Shown in pieces: positions 36,495-46,991 of a DNA stretch of 64,000 nucleotides. Below the pieces are notes generated by a model. That model was not told where the DNA came from. It saw only the letters and a program-made list of their open reading frames with translations, and did not search any database. Source of the stretch: an uncultured Bacilli bacterium. Lineage in GTDB: Bacteria; Bacillota_I; Bacilli_A; RF39; UBA660. How positions within the stretch are numbered: position 1 is the stretch's first letter; each line of letters begins with the position of its first letter. Made by a program: the position numbers and the translations under genes. The stretch spans positions 7,149 through 71,148 of the forward strand of contig CALVIR010000002.1 in assembly GCA_944331915.1 (NCBI GenBank), read 5' to 3'.

Positions 36495-37760
36495 TTATTT
36501 TAATACACACCAATAACCTTTTTTATATGACCATTCACGTTTTAAATAACCTTTATCTTTTAACGAACGTATAATTTTATTAATGTATACCCTACTATAA
36601 TTAGTTAAATTCATAAGGTTTCAACGGTATAACTATTATTACTTTTAATCAACGACAAGATTTTAGTTTCCGCTTCATTTAAATCAGAATAATTATCTGC
36701 GGTTTTCTCATCATTCAATAATTCTTTATTAAGTGGTATAGTTACAATAATAGTATGTTCACTTATATAAAAAGCATCTTTTCCATAATTTTTAACAATT
36801 AAAGGAATACCATGACCAGTTTGATCGATATAATCTAAATCACAGAAAATTTTTAAAAGTTTTTTATTAACAGGTTTTGATACACCTGCAAAAAAGTCTT
36901 CCTTTGTTAAGGCAGAAGGTAATCCTCCATTAGATACAATTTCAATTCTATCATCATAAATATAAACAGCAGGAGGAATTTCTTCAGACCATTTTGTATG
37001 AACGCAAGCATTAAGCCACGCTTCTCTAAAAGAACTAAAATCAAAATATTTTTCCTCTATTCTTTGTATTCCACCAACTTTTACTTTAGTTTCATTAATA
37101 CTTTCCATATATTCCAAAACATTATTAACAGAAAGTAACAAACACTTACCACCATAATCAGTTCTTTTTAACATTATTGATTTATCAGTACCTGCAAATG
37201 TAACAACTTTAATAGATATATCATTAGAATCTGCTAACAACTCCGCCATTAAATTGTATTTATTATCATCCGTTTTTAACCCTAAATTATCTTCGAATTT
37301 CTCATTATTTATTTTAACATCATTTGAAATATATAAAGCCTTTAACATTTTAAATGTCAAATCTTGTTTAGAGCCTACTTTTTTAATAATATAATTGGGT
37401 TCACCATCTTTGTTTATTAATGCTTTAAGCATTTTTGGAGATAACTGTTTATCTTCGTCAAATGACCTACTATAATATTTACCAAAAGCAGAATATGGAA
37501 CATTATCTCCCTTAGCATAGACTTTAATAATCTTTTTATCTTCAATCAATTCTAATGATATATGAGGAATAATTTGAGGTTTTATTCCCTCAGAAATTTT
37601 TCTTGAAACATCTCTTAATGTATTTTCATTTAAATCTTTCTGACCAATCACATCACCATTATTTTTTACTCCAAAATACACTGTTCCTTCATTATGTTTA
37701 TTAAGCATAGCAGATAATGATATGTGCGGACACTTAATATTTCATTCCTAAATTCATCAT
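36495..37760 (-). pseudogene. Degenerate AlbA_2/Schlafen-like putative DNA-binding ATPase-fold regulator
   Basis: The 365-aa ORF starts inside the AlbA_2 domain (EGTVYFGVKNNGDVIGQ), with stops just upstream. The C-terminal winged HTH is split by a frame change at 36611-36614 and continues as NLTNYSRVYINKIIRSLKDKGYLKR in another frame. Confidence 0.5.
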
Positions 37761-38024
37761 TACTCCCTCCAATTTATTATATACTTTATTGTATACTTTA
37801 TCATTATAATTAAAATTTACAAAAAATAATTACCCACAAAATTAATACCTAACCTAATAAACCCCAAGATATTAATCTTGAGGCTCACTGTAATTAATAA
37901 CATTGGAAATAGGAATAATATAATTACTTTCATCTAACTTTGTCAAAATGTTACAAAAGTCAACACACAGATATTAAAATAGTCAGCATAAGAATGTTAA
38001 AATAGTCAATGCATATTAAATCAG

Positions 38025-40319
38025 TCAAACCACAATTTCTTTTTTACCATTAAACCAAGCATCAACAATTAACGATGTTACAACCTCATCTATAACTTTA
38101 TCCACTCTTCTCGCTCCAAACTTTTCATATTGGCTCTCTCTTATAACTTTATCCACAATTTCTTTGGAAAAGTTCACCTCAATATCTTTCTTTTTAAAGG
38201 CCTCTTTTAAAATGTTTAATTTGTTTTCCACAATTTTGTGGATAAAGTTTTCTGTCATCTCGTTAAAGTAATATATTTTTTCAATCCTATTAAGAAATTC
38301 TACTCCTAAAAATTCCTCTAACTCACTATTTTTTTCTAGTCCGTTATCCATAAAACCAAGCTGTTCCTTATGCATACCTAAATTAGTAGTCATAAACAAA
38401 AATATATTATCAAATCTAACTTTCCGACCTTTTGAATCCGTCAAGAATCCTTCATCCATAACTTGTAAAAATAGTTTTAACACTACACTACTAGCTTTCT
38501 CTATTTCATCAAGTAATAATACTGCATGTGGATGCATTCTAATATTATCTAAAACCGTAAAATGATCATCAAATCCTACATAGCCTGGTGGAGAACCAAT
38601 AATCTTACTAACAGAATGCTCTTCTTTATATTCACTCATATCAAGTCTAATAAAATTATCCTCACCATAAAGTAGTTTTGCAAACTCTTTAACTAATAAA
38701 GTCTTACCCACACCTGTTTTTCCACAAAAAAGAAATGAATGCACTTTCAAACTAGTATCAAAACCTAACTGCACTTTTTTAACTCTACTACAAAGATCTT
38801 TAATAATCTCTTCTTGCCCAACTATTTCTTTATTTAAAGATGTACAAAGATTATTAATCTCTTTTCTACTCCCCTTATTTATCTCATAAACAGGTATTTT
38901 TGTCTTTAAATGTATAACCTCAGCGATCATCTCTTTTGTAATTTTCCGTGGTTTCTTATGTGCTATAATCTTAAGTTCTAAATCATTCTTTTTACTAATT
39001 AGTTTCTTCTCTTCTTCTCGATACTTAGAAGCCATATCAAAATCCTGCTTCATTATCGCTTCTTTTTTATTAGCATTTATCTCTTTCAATTGCGTATTAA
39101 TTTTTGAAAGGGTACTATCATCTTTACCTTCAAGCAACGAAACTCTTGTTGCTACCTCATCTAATATATCAATCGCTTTATCAGGTTGATAATATTCATA
39201 AATATATTTATTACTTAAATCAACAATTAATTCAATCATTTCTTCACTAATACTAACAAAGTGATAAGCTTCATATAAAGGTTTAAGTTTGTTTAAAATC
39301 TCTATAGTTTTCTCTCTACTTGGTTCATTAACCATAATTAATTGAAATCTTCTATTCAAAGCTTTATCTTTTTCGATAAAGTTATGATATTCTAAAATTG
39401 TCGTCGCTCCAATTAACTGAATCTTTCCCCTTGCTAAGGCCGGCTTAATAATATTAGACGCATCAATTGCTCCTTCAGCTCCCCCGGCTCCTACAATCGT
39501 ATGTATTTCATCAATAAAGATAATTATATCTTCATTTTCTTCCAATTCTTTAAGAATCTTTGAAATTCTCTCTTCAAACTCTCCTCGATATTTCGTTCCT
39601 GCTACTAAACTAGCCATCGGTACTGATAGTATTGCTTTCCCTTTTAAAGCTTTAGGTACTGCATCAAGTGTAATTCTTCTTGCTAACTCTTCAACAATTG
39701 CTGTTTTTCCAACTCCTGCTTCACCTATTAATAACGGATTATTTTTTCCCCTCCGGCAAAGAATTTCAATCAACTGCTCTAATTCTTCATCCCTACCAAT
39801 AACAGGATCAGTCTCATTGTTTAAGGCTTTTTTATTTAAATCTACTGCAAACTCTTCAACCATTAGTTTTTTATGCAATAGTTTCTTAGAACTCTTACTA
39901 TCTTTAACTAAATTTGTATATAACTCATCAACATCGATATTAAGTCCAATCAAAAGTCTAATTGCAACACCTTCTCCTTCTTCGAGTATAGCTAAAAAGA
40001 GTTCTGTAACACTAACCTCTATTTCCCCTTTCTCCTTACTATTTAAAACCGCTGTTTCAATAACTCTTTTTAACAAAGGGGTATACAAAAACCAATTATT
40101 ACCCTTTTTACCTATCCCAACTATTCTAATTAATTCTTCTTTAAATATTTCATAAGTTATATTGTAACTTGCTAATCTTTTTGTAATATCTATTTTTTTC
40201 ATTGAAAGTATCGCTAAAAATAAATGTTCACTCCCCACATAAGGGTGTTTTAATTCATTCATCTCCTTTTTAGCTAATACTAAGGCTTTTTGTGCTTCTT
40301 CACTAAATCTTGAAAACAT
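38025..40319 (-). CDS. clpC: ATP-dependent Clp protease ATP-binding subunit (ClpC-like)
   Basis: 764 aa: Clp_N repeats and two AAA+ modules (GEAGVGKT, GKTGVGKT). Confidence 0.9.
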   Translation of the reverse strand: MFSRFSEEAQKALVLAKKEMNELKHPYVGSEHLFLAILSMKKIDITKRLASYNITYEIFKEELIRIVGIGKKGNNWFLYTPLLKRVIETAVLNSKEKGEIEVSVTELFLAILEEGEGVAIRLLIGLNIDVDELYTNLVKDSKSSKKLLHKKLMVEEFAVDLNKKALNNETDPVIGRDEELEQLIEILCRRGKNNPLLIGEAGVGKTAIVEELARRITLDAVPKALKGKAILSVPMASLVAGTKYRGEFEERISKILKELEENEDIIIFIDEIHTIVGAGGAEGAIDASNIIKPALARGKIQLIGATTILEYHNFIEKDKALNRRFQLIMVNEPSREKTIEILNKLKPLYEAYHFVSISEEMIELIVDLSNKYIYEYYQPDKAIDILDEVATRVSLLEGKDDSTLSKINTQLKEINANKKEAIMKQDFDMASKYREEEKKLISKKNDLELKIIAHKKPRKITKEMIAEVIHLKTKIPVYEINKGSRKEINNLCTSLNKEIVGQEEIIKDLCSRVKKVQLGFDTSLKVHSFLFCGKTGVGKTLLVKEFAKLLYGEDNFIRLDMSEYKEEHSVSKIIGSPPGYVGFDDHFTVLDNIRMHPHAVLLLDEIEKASSVVLKLFLQVMDEGFLTDSKGRKVRFDNIFLFMTTNLGMHKEQLGFMDNGLEKNSELEEFLGVEFLNRIEKIYYFNEMTENFIHKIVENKLNILKEAFKKKDIEVNFSKEIVDKVIRESQYEKFGARRVDKVIDEVVTSLIVDAWFNGKKEIVV

Positions 40320-40428
40320 CTTTTTCTCCTCCTCAATTCTATTTTAAGGTTTTAAAAGAATAATTATCAAGAAATAGTCATCCCAAAAAAATGACAAAAA
40401 AAAGCCCTATTTCTAAGGCTTCAATTTT

Positions 40429-41829
40429 TTAAACAATTAATAGTAGAATTGTAAAGATAATAAAAGCTACTACTAATAATGCTACTAATAATTTCCAAAT
40501 ATATTTAAACCAATCTTTATAAGATGTACCTGTATAAGCAAGAGTTAACATAAGTGGAATACTAGTAGGAGCAACAAGTGTTACAATACCATATAAAGCT
40601 TGGAAGATAACTGCTATCATTTGATAATAATTAGTATCAGTTACAACGCTAACAAAATAAGGTAAAACACTATAAAAAGCATATACTGGATCACCATTAA
40701 AGATACTAGATAATACTATTACTAAACCAGTAGTAAAAATATTAAATCCTTTAGATAATCCTAAAATAACTTTATAAATAACTAATTGGTAAGGATCATA
40801 TGTTGTAAGTACTAAAACTGTATATATTAATATAACAATAATAGCAGGTACTAAAGCTTTTTTTACACCTTTACCAAAAGCATCAATAATTTCATCCCAT
40901 TTAATCTTATAAACAAATTTAATAATAATCACTGCTAATATCATTATTGTAATTAATTCTAATAATGACCAATAACCAAATGGACTAACGGCTCCCAAAA
41001 TCTTACCAAAGATAGGAAATCCAAATAGTTCAAATTCTGTTACAGCAGTATAAACATCTGTAAATAAGTCAATACCAAAGGAATTTGACCAAGTAATGAA
41101 TCCTAAAACCATTACTAAGAATATTAAATCTAAGATAATAACTAAAGGCCATACTCTTTTCTTTTCTTTTCCTTTAACAGGTTCAGGAATAAATTCATCT
41201 TTTTCAGTTTCTTTCTTAAGACTATCTTTTTTGCTAAACTTAACAACACCTAAAACAAGTAAAATAATTCCAATAACTAATAAAATTACTTTTGCCCAAA
41301 TTAAATCTGTAAGTTCAACTGATAGATATTCTTGTAAAACTTGGGTAGTGTTATAAGCAAATGTTGTTCCCATTAAACCTACTGCAACACTACCAGCTGT
41401 AACAGCTACAGTAGCAACACGACTATATCCCATCATTAATAACAAAGAAATAACAAATGGGAAAAACATTAATAAAGCTAATTGTAAGCCTGCAAAAGAT
41501 GTTAAGATAGCAAATAAAGAAATAATTACAATAACGAAGATTGTTTCTTTACCTTTAAATTTTTTGCAGATAGAATCTAACATAGCTCGATATGCACCTG
41601 TTTTAAATAAAACACCATAGAATCCACCAACTACTAAGATAAATAATGCAACATATCCAAAATAACCTAATACCGTTGATTGATAAGATAAAATATCAAA
41701 TAAACCAACTTGATATCTACCAATTTCAGTATATTCCATTTGATAAGTAGCACAAGGTATAATCCATGTCAATAGAGCACAAATTAGCAACGTTATGATT
41801 GCAACTTTCAACACTTTATGCTTTTTCAT
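40429..41829 (-). CDS. YfcC/DcuC-like polytopic transporter
   Basis: About 466 aa with more than 10 TM helices and a central charged loop. Start taken at the ATG at 41829, behind GGAGAG. Confidence 0.5.
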   Translation of the reverse strand: MKKHKVLKVAIITLLICALLTWIIPCATYQMEYTEIGRYQVGLFDILSYQSTVLGYFGYVALFILVVGGFYGVLFKTGAYRAMLDSICKKFKGKETIFVIVIISLFAILTSFAGLQLALLMFFPFVISLLLMMGYSRVATVAVTAGSVAVGLMGTTFAYNTTQVLQEYLSVELTDLIWAKVILLVIGIILLVLGVVKFSKKDSLKKETEKDEFIPEPVKGKEKKRVWPLVIILDLIFLVMVLGFITWSNSFGIDLFTDVYTAVTEFELFGFPIFGKILGAVSPFGYWSLLELITIMILAVIIIKFVYKIKWDEIIDAFGKGVKKALVPAIIVILIYTVLVLTTYDPYQLVIYKVILGLSKGFNIFTTGLVIVLSSIFNGDPVYAFYSVLPYFVSVVTDTNYYQMIAVIFQALYGIVTLVAPTSIPLMLTLAYTGTSYKDWFKYIWKLLVALLVVAFIIFTILLLIV

Positions 41830-41885
41830 ATCATTCTCTCCTTCCATCTATAATTATACGAACAAATCCTTTGTTTTACAAGCTT

Positions 41886-42584
41886 TTAACGTTTTTTTTG
41901 ATGAAATTTTTGTGAAGAATTTATCGCTCTAAAAAAAGCCGAAAAAAGATTATAAGCATTCTTATCAATTAACAATAAAGATTCAGGATGCCATTGTACT
42001 CCAATTATAAAAGTTTTACTTTTTAACTCAACTCCTTCTATAAATCCATCCTCACTTAAAGCTGTAATATAACAAGACGGCATATCAGGAACATGATAAT
42101 TATGTCTCGAATTAACCAATATTTTTTCTTGTCCCAATATCTTAAACAATTTACTGTCTTCAGCAATATTAACATAATGACAATATTGTTTATCTGGTTG
42201 ATAATGTTTTATTTGCGACTTATTTAACACTGTATTATCAATTCTTCTATCATCATTTATTAGTACTTTACTTAATATTTGCATACCTAAACAAATACCT
42301 AATAAAGGTTTATCTTCTTTTATCGCATATTTAATAACTAATTCATCAAGATGAGTAAATAACTCTCCACCAGGTACAATAAAACCATCACATAGTTTTA
42401 ATAATCTAGTTAAATCTCTCTCTTCTAATTTACTATAAGTATATTCTAATTCTACTTTATCTTCTAACGGTAAAATTAATACTGGAATCCCTCCCATTTT
42501 AATAACCGCTTTTCTTATACTTTCAACACAACCACTATTTCCATCAGAACATACTCTACTAACTATTCCAATAAACGGTTTCAA
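41886..42584 (-). CDS. Class I glutamine amidotransferase / peptidase C26 (gamma-glutamyl hydrolase-like)
   Basis: Nucleophile elbow LGICLGMQ and VQWHPE His-Glu motif. Confidence 0.7.
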   Translation of the reverse strand: MKPFIGIVSRVCSDGNSGCVESIRKAVIKMGGIPVLILPLEDKVELEYTYSKLEERDLTRLLKLCDGFIVPGGELFTHLDELVIKYAIKEDKPLLGICLGMQILSKVLINDDRRIDNTVLNKSQIKHYQPDKQYCHYVNIAEDSKLFKILGQEKILVNSRHNYHVPDMPSCYITALSEDGFIEGVELKSKTFIIGVQWHPESLLLIDKNAYNLFSAFFRAINSSQKFHQKKR

Positions 42585-42638
42585 AATATCACCTCTAAAT
42601 ATTTTATGTTAGAAAAAGAAAACAGACATAAAATATGT

Positions 42639-44132
42639 CTATTTATCTAAAGGTTTCATAGTTGGAAATAAAATAACATCTCTAATAGATTCAGATTCTG
42701 TAAATAACATCACTAATCTATCTATTCCATAACCTACTCCACCAGCAGGGGGCATCCCATATTCTAAAGCTTCAATGAAATCCATATCTATATCATTCGC
42801 TTCATCATTACCTAAATCTTTTTCTTTTAATTGTTCTTCAAATCTTTCTAACTGATCATCTGGATCATTAAGTTCTGTATAAGCATTAGCAAACTCTCTA
42901 CCACCTATAAATAATTCAAAACGATCAACAAATCTTGGATCATCCTTATTTTTCTTTGTAAGTGGTGAAATTTCAACCGGATGACCATATAAGAATGTTG
43001 GTTGAATTAACGTTTCTTCTACATATTTTTCAAAGAAAAGATTAATGATATGACCTACTGTTCTTTCATGTTCTGCTACCTCAATTTTATGTTCAGCCGC
43101 AAGTTCTAACGCTTCTTCCACTGTCATTTCCTTCTTAAAGTCAATACCCGTAACCTCTTTAATAGCATCTACCATACTAATTCTTTTCCAAGGCCCAGCT
43201 AAATTAATATCATAACCATACCAATGATAATCTAACTTCCCAATAACATTATTAGCAATATTTAAGAAAAGTTTTTCTGTTATATCCATCATTCCTTCTA
43301 AATCAGAATAAGCTTGATATAACTCCATTAAAGTAAATTCTGGATTATGTTTTGGATCCATCCCTTCATTTCTAAACACTCTACCAATCTCATATACTGC
43401 TTCCATACCACCAACTAATAATCTTTTTAATGGCAATTCTAAAGCTATTCTTAGATACATATCTAAATCTTGACTGTTATGATGCGTAATAAAAGGTTTA
43501 GCAGAAGCCCCTGTTAATAGTGTTGATAAAACAGGAGTTTCTACCTCAACAAATCCTAAATTATCCAAAAAGTTTTGAATAGAACGAATAATCTTAGGTC
43601 TTAAAAAAGCAACTTTTTTAGATTCATCATTCATAATTAAATCAACATAACGTCTTCTATATCTTTCTTCTATATCTGTTAAACCATGAAATTTCTCTGG
43701 AAGAGGTCTTAATGCTTTAACAAGAGGAGTATACTCTAAACATTTAACTGTAATCTCTCCTGTCTTTGTTTTCATTACTTTACCATAAATACCAATTATA
43801 TCTCCAATATCTGCTGTCTTAAAGATATTATATATATCTTCACCAACATCATTAATAGATATATATACTTGAATAGGACCCGTCTTATCTTTAATAGATA
43901 TAAAGGAAGCCTTGCCCATTTTTCTAATAAACATAATTCTTCCTGCTATTTTAACTGTATAAGATGCTGCTTCTAAATCATCATGAGATATATCTTTATA
44001 TTTTTCTTTTATTTGAGCTGCATATGAATCTCTATCATAACGTTGTCCAAATGGATCATATCCAAGTTCTCTTAAACTTTTAGCTTTTTCTCTTCTAACT
44101 AATTCTTGTTCACTTAACTTTCGTTCTGACAT
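42639..44132 (-). CDS. lysS: Lysine--tRNA ligase (class II)
   Basis: 497 aa with an OB-fold N-domain and class II motifs (FRNEG, GIDRL). Confidence 0.95.
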   Translation of the reverse strand: MSERKLSEQELVRREKAKSLRELGYDPFGQRYDRDSYAAQIKEKYKDISHDDLEAASYTVKIAGRIMFIRKMGKASFISIKDKTGPIQVYISINDVGEDIYNIFKTADIGDIIGIYGKVMKTKTGEITVKCLEYTPLVKALRPLPEKFHGLTDIEERYRRRYVDLIMNDESKKVAFLRPKIIRSIQNFLDNLGFVEVETPVLSTLLTGASAKPFITHHNSQDLDMYLRIALELPLKRLLVGGMEAVYEIGRVFRNEGMDPKHNPEFTLMELYQAYSDLEGMMDITEKLFLNIANNVIGKLDYHWYGYDINLAGPWKRISMVDAIKEVTGIDFKKEMTVEEALELAAEHKIEVAEHERTVGHIINLFFEKYVEETLIQPTFLYGHPVEISPLTKKNKDDPRFVDRFELFIGGREFANAYTELNDPDDQLERFEEQLKEKDLGNDEANDIDMDFIEALEYGMPPAGGVGYGIDRLVMLFTESESIRDVILFPTMKPLDK

Positions 44133-44803
44133 AAAATATCCTCCTTCACAACATCAGTTCTAACAACAATTGTCTTAACTAACTTATCATGTAAGCCTTG
44201 CCCATTTTTTGATAATGCAATCATTAAAAGACTAATGATAAGAATAGTATATTGAATAATACTTAAAAGACTATTAATACTTAAATACAAATTTTTACTT
44301 AAAAGCATAACTAAAGCCACTAAAATAATATTAACTAAAATACTATTATTAACCATCGCTCTAATAAGTAAATCATTCATTGACAAATCTTTATCTGTTG
44401 TTTTCGTAATTTTAATTTTCATAATTTTCTTACCAAAGGTCTGTCCATTATTATAACATGGATAGACAACATAATAAAGTAAACTTATAACAATTGCCAC
44501 TATTGATGAAATTGCTGTATATTTAGATATATCATATTCTATATCAACTATTTGATTAACATATTCTTCAATTGTTGAATTGCCACCCACATAATCTTCT
44601 AATATTTGATTTTGTTCATCATATAATTTTCTTGTAGAATCACTAACAGGAATAAATGCTGTAACAATTGTTGTTATTAGAGTAAGAATAATTAAATCAA
44701 GTAAGAAAGCAAGTAATCTCTGACTAAATAATGCTTTAACCTCAGTATCTTTTTCTTTAACTTTTTTTTCATCTTTTAATTTATCATATATGCTTTTCTT
44801 CAT
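44114..44803 (-). CDS. RDD-family membrane protein
   Basis: [13 protein letters not shown]-terminal motif, 3-4 TM helices, C-terminal GLHDKLVKT. Confidence 0.6.
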   Translation of the reverse strand: MKKSIYDKLKDEKKVKEKDTEVKALFSQRLLAFLLDLIILTLITTIVTAFIPVSDSTRKLYDEQNQILEDYVGGNSTIEEYVNQIVDIEYDISKYTAISSIVAIVISLLYYVVYPCYNNGQTFGKKIMKIKITKTTDKDLSMNDLLIRAMVNNSILVNIILVALVMLLSKNLYLSINSLLSIIQYTILIISLLMIALSKNGQGLHDKLVKTIVVRTDVVKEDILCQNES

Positions 44804-45779
44804 TCAAGACCTCCTTAAATTCATCTAATATATGTAGTATATCACAAAGTTTAGTCATACCACAAATTTTCTTTTTTATCTCACTACTACCTCTAACCCC
44901 TTTTAAATACCAACCAACATGGCTTCTAATTTCTAATACTACCCGTTTCTCATCTTTTAAAGAGGTTAGCATTTTTAAATGTTTAATACACATATTAACT
45001 TTATCTATATCACTAGGAAGACTATAAGACTTACCATCTAAATATAATACAGTATTTCTAATAAGCCAAGGATTTCCTAAAGTCCCTCTTCCTATCATAA
45101 CTGCATCACAACCAGTATACTCTAACATCTCTTTAGCTTTCTCTGGACTCGTAACATCTCCATTACCAATTACTGGGATTTTAACATTATTTTTGACATC
45201 ACGAATAACATTCCAATCAGCTTTACCACTATAACCTTGACTCCGCGTCCTTCCATGTACACATATAGCTTTAGCACCTGCTTCTTCACACACTTTAGCT
45301 ATTTCAACCGCATTAATATGATCATTATCCCAACCACTACGTATTTTAACTGTCACTGGGCATTTAACAGCTTTAACAACAGAACTGACAATTGTTTTAA
45401 CTTTAAGAGGATCTTTAAGCAAGGCACTACCTGCTTGGGCCCTAACTGCTACCTTAGGAACAGGACAACCCATATTAATATCAATTATATCAGGTTTCAT
45501 GATTTTTTCTATATATTTAGCAGCCTCCACAAAACTATCAACATCACTACCAAATATCTGTTGAACAATAGGCCGTTCCATCTCCTCCATATAAAGCATA
45601 TCTATAGTTTTTTTATTATCATAACATATCGCTTTATCACTAACCATCTCTGCATAAATAAGTCCACAACCCATTTCTTTAATTATTTTTCGATAAGCAC
45701 TATTACAAATTCCCGCCATTGGGGCTAACACTACTTGATTAGCTATTTCTACATTTCCTATTTTCCATCTCATAGACAC
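44784..45779 (-). CDS. dusB: tRNA-dihydrouridine synthase
   Basis: LAPMAG, NMGCP and catalytic Cys context, TIM-barrel Dus family. Confidence 0.9.
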   Translation of the reverse strand: MSMRWKIGNVEIANQVVLAPMAGICNSAYRKIIKEMGCGLIYAEMVSDKAICYDNKKTIDMLYMEEMERPIVQQIFGSDVDSFVEAAKYIEKIMKPDIIDINMGCPVPKVAVRAQAGSALLKDPLKVKTIVSSVVKAVKCPVTVKIRSGWDNDHINAVEIAKVCEEAGAKAICVHGRTRSQGYSGKADWNVIRDVKNNVKIPVIGNGDVTSPEKAKEMLEYTGCDAVMIGRGTLGNPWLIRNTVLYLDGKSYSLPSDIDKVNMCIKHLKMLTSLKDEKRVVLEIRSHVGWYLKGVRGSSEIKKKICGMTKLCDILHILDEFKEVLNEEKHI

Positions 45780-45785
45780 CTACCT

Positions 45786-46451
45786 CTAATCATTATCTTG
45801 ACTAGCTCGATATAAAGTTAGGACTTTTGCCCGTCCTTTTATATCACTATTTATACTATTAACTACCTCTAAATTAAGAAATGAAGCCGGTATTTGTTCT
45901 ATATAATCAATCTCAAACAATTGAAATGGTATCGCCCTAGCTAATCTTTCATCTTGATTAAAAACATTAAATTTACCTTGTTCTAAATAATGTAAAGCCG
46001 CTAAATCACTAGGTAAAGATAACATATGCTCAAGTTTATAATAATCTTGATTGTTAACAATGAAAGAACTAGCATCTTCTGTTATAAGAAAATCATATGT
46101 AGTTTTTTCTCCTCCATCCTCAAAAGTTCTACTAATATTCTTCATATACTTACCATTAAGGTAATCTTCACATATCTTTTGCTTTTTTTCACGTTCAAAA
46201 ACACGTTCCTGACTATCTTTATATAAATCTATATAATATTCATAATTACCTAACACTATCTCTTTATTATCTAACTCACTACCATTTAATATATTAGCAA
46301 TTAACTTTTTATCCGTAGTTTCTAAAGTATATAAATCTGGTTTAATTAAAGATAATTGTTCCTCTTTATATTCCATAACTCTATTCTTATAAGCATATAA
46401 TTCATATACAAGCAATTGTTTTTTATTAGCGTTTAATTCATATAACTCCAT
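45786..46451 (-). CDS. Hypothetical protein
   Basis: 221-aa ORF packed tightly between dusB and mscL. No family recognised. Confidence 0.45.
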   Translation of the reverse strand: MELYELNANKKQLLVYELYAYKNRVMEYKEEQLSLIKPDLYTLETTDKKLIANILNGSELDNKEIVLGNYEYYIDLYKDSQERVFEREKKQKICEDYLNGKYMKNISRTFEDGGEKTTYDFLITEDASSFIVNNQDYYKLEHMLSLPSDLAALHYLEQGKFNVFNQDERLARAIPFQLFEIDYIEQIPASFLNLEVVNSINSDIKGRAKVLTLYRASQDND

Positions 46452-46867
46452 TATTTTTTCCCTACTTTCCCATTTTCTTTCAACAAATCTCTAATTTCTT
46501 CCAGTAATATTACTTGTTCATCTTTTTTCTTTTCTTCCTTTTTATGTTCTATTCCTAACTTTTTATCAGCTTTATCTCTAATTTTTGTTACTATTTTAAC
46601 CATAACAAAAATACAAATAGCAATGATTAAAAAGTCAACAATACTTTGAATAAAAGCTCCATACATAATCGAAGCATCACCTATCTTAATAGATAAACCA
46701 CTAAAATCAAGGCCTCCTAAAATAACACCAAGTAAAGGCATAAATATATCATCAACTAAACTACTAACTATTTTAGAAAAAGCTCCTCCAATAATAACAC
46801 CAACAGCCATATCTAAAACCGCTCCACGACTAATAAATTTTCTAAATTCACCTATTTCCTTTTTCAT
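46451..46867 (-). CDS. mscL: Large-conductance mechanosensitive channel
   Basis: FRKFISRGAVLDMAVGVIIGGAF signature. Start taken at the ATG at 46867, behind GGAGG. Confidence 0.9.
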   Translation of the reverse strand: MKKEIGEFRKFISRGAVLDMAVGVIIGGAFSKIVSSLVDDIFMPLLGVILGGLDFSGLSIKIGDASIMYGAFIQSIVDFLIIAICIFVMVKIVTKIRDKADKKLGIEHKKEEKKKDEQVILLEEIRDLLKENGKVGKK

Positions 46868-46991
46868 CACTACTACCTCCAAAACTTTTTCCACATCTCT
46901 TGTGGAAAATCACTTTTAAAATACCACACGAACTAAATTATAGTCAATGCCAAATTAAATATTTACAAAAACTCGTATATAGAAAAAAGAA

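Noticed and set aside
36347-36610. Expected a T-box leader upstream of cysS (and checked lysS)
   Set aside because: There is no GGTGGTACCGCG-type T-box sequence or specifier/terminator arrangement in these regions. Only metG has one.
40320-40428. CtsR operator upstream of clpC
   Set aside because: There is no GGTCAAA-N3-GGTCAAA direct repeat in the 109-nt upstream region, and no ctsR/mcsA/mcsB genes precede clpC here.
39817-46226. Plus-strand ORFs inside clpC, the YfcC-like gene, dusB and the 221-aa ORF (39817-40155, 41096-41356, 45237-45728, 46026-46226), and similarly 2587-2778, 16849-17031, 19184-19388, 20490-20687, 62121-62602
   Set aside because: All are antisense to or embedded in better-supported genes, with low-complexity translations.
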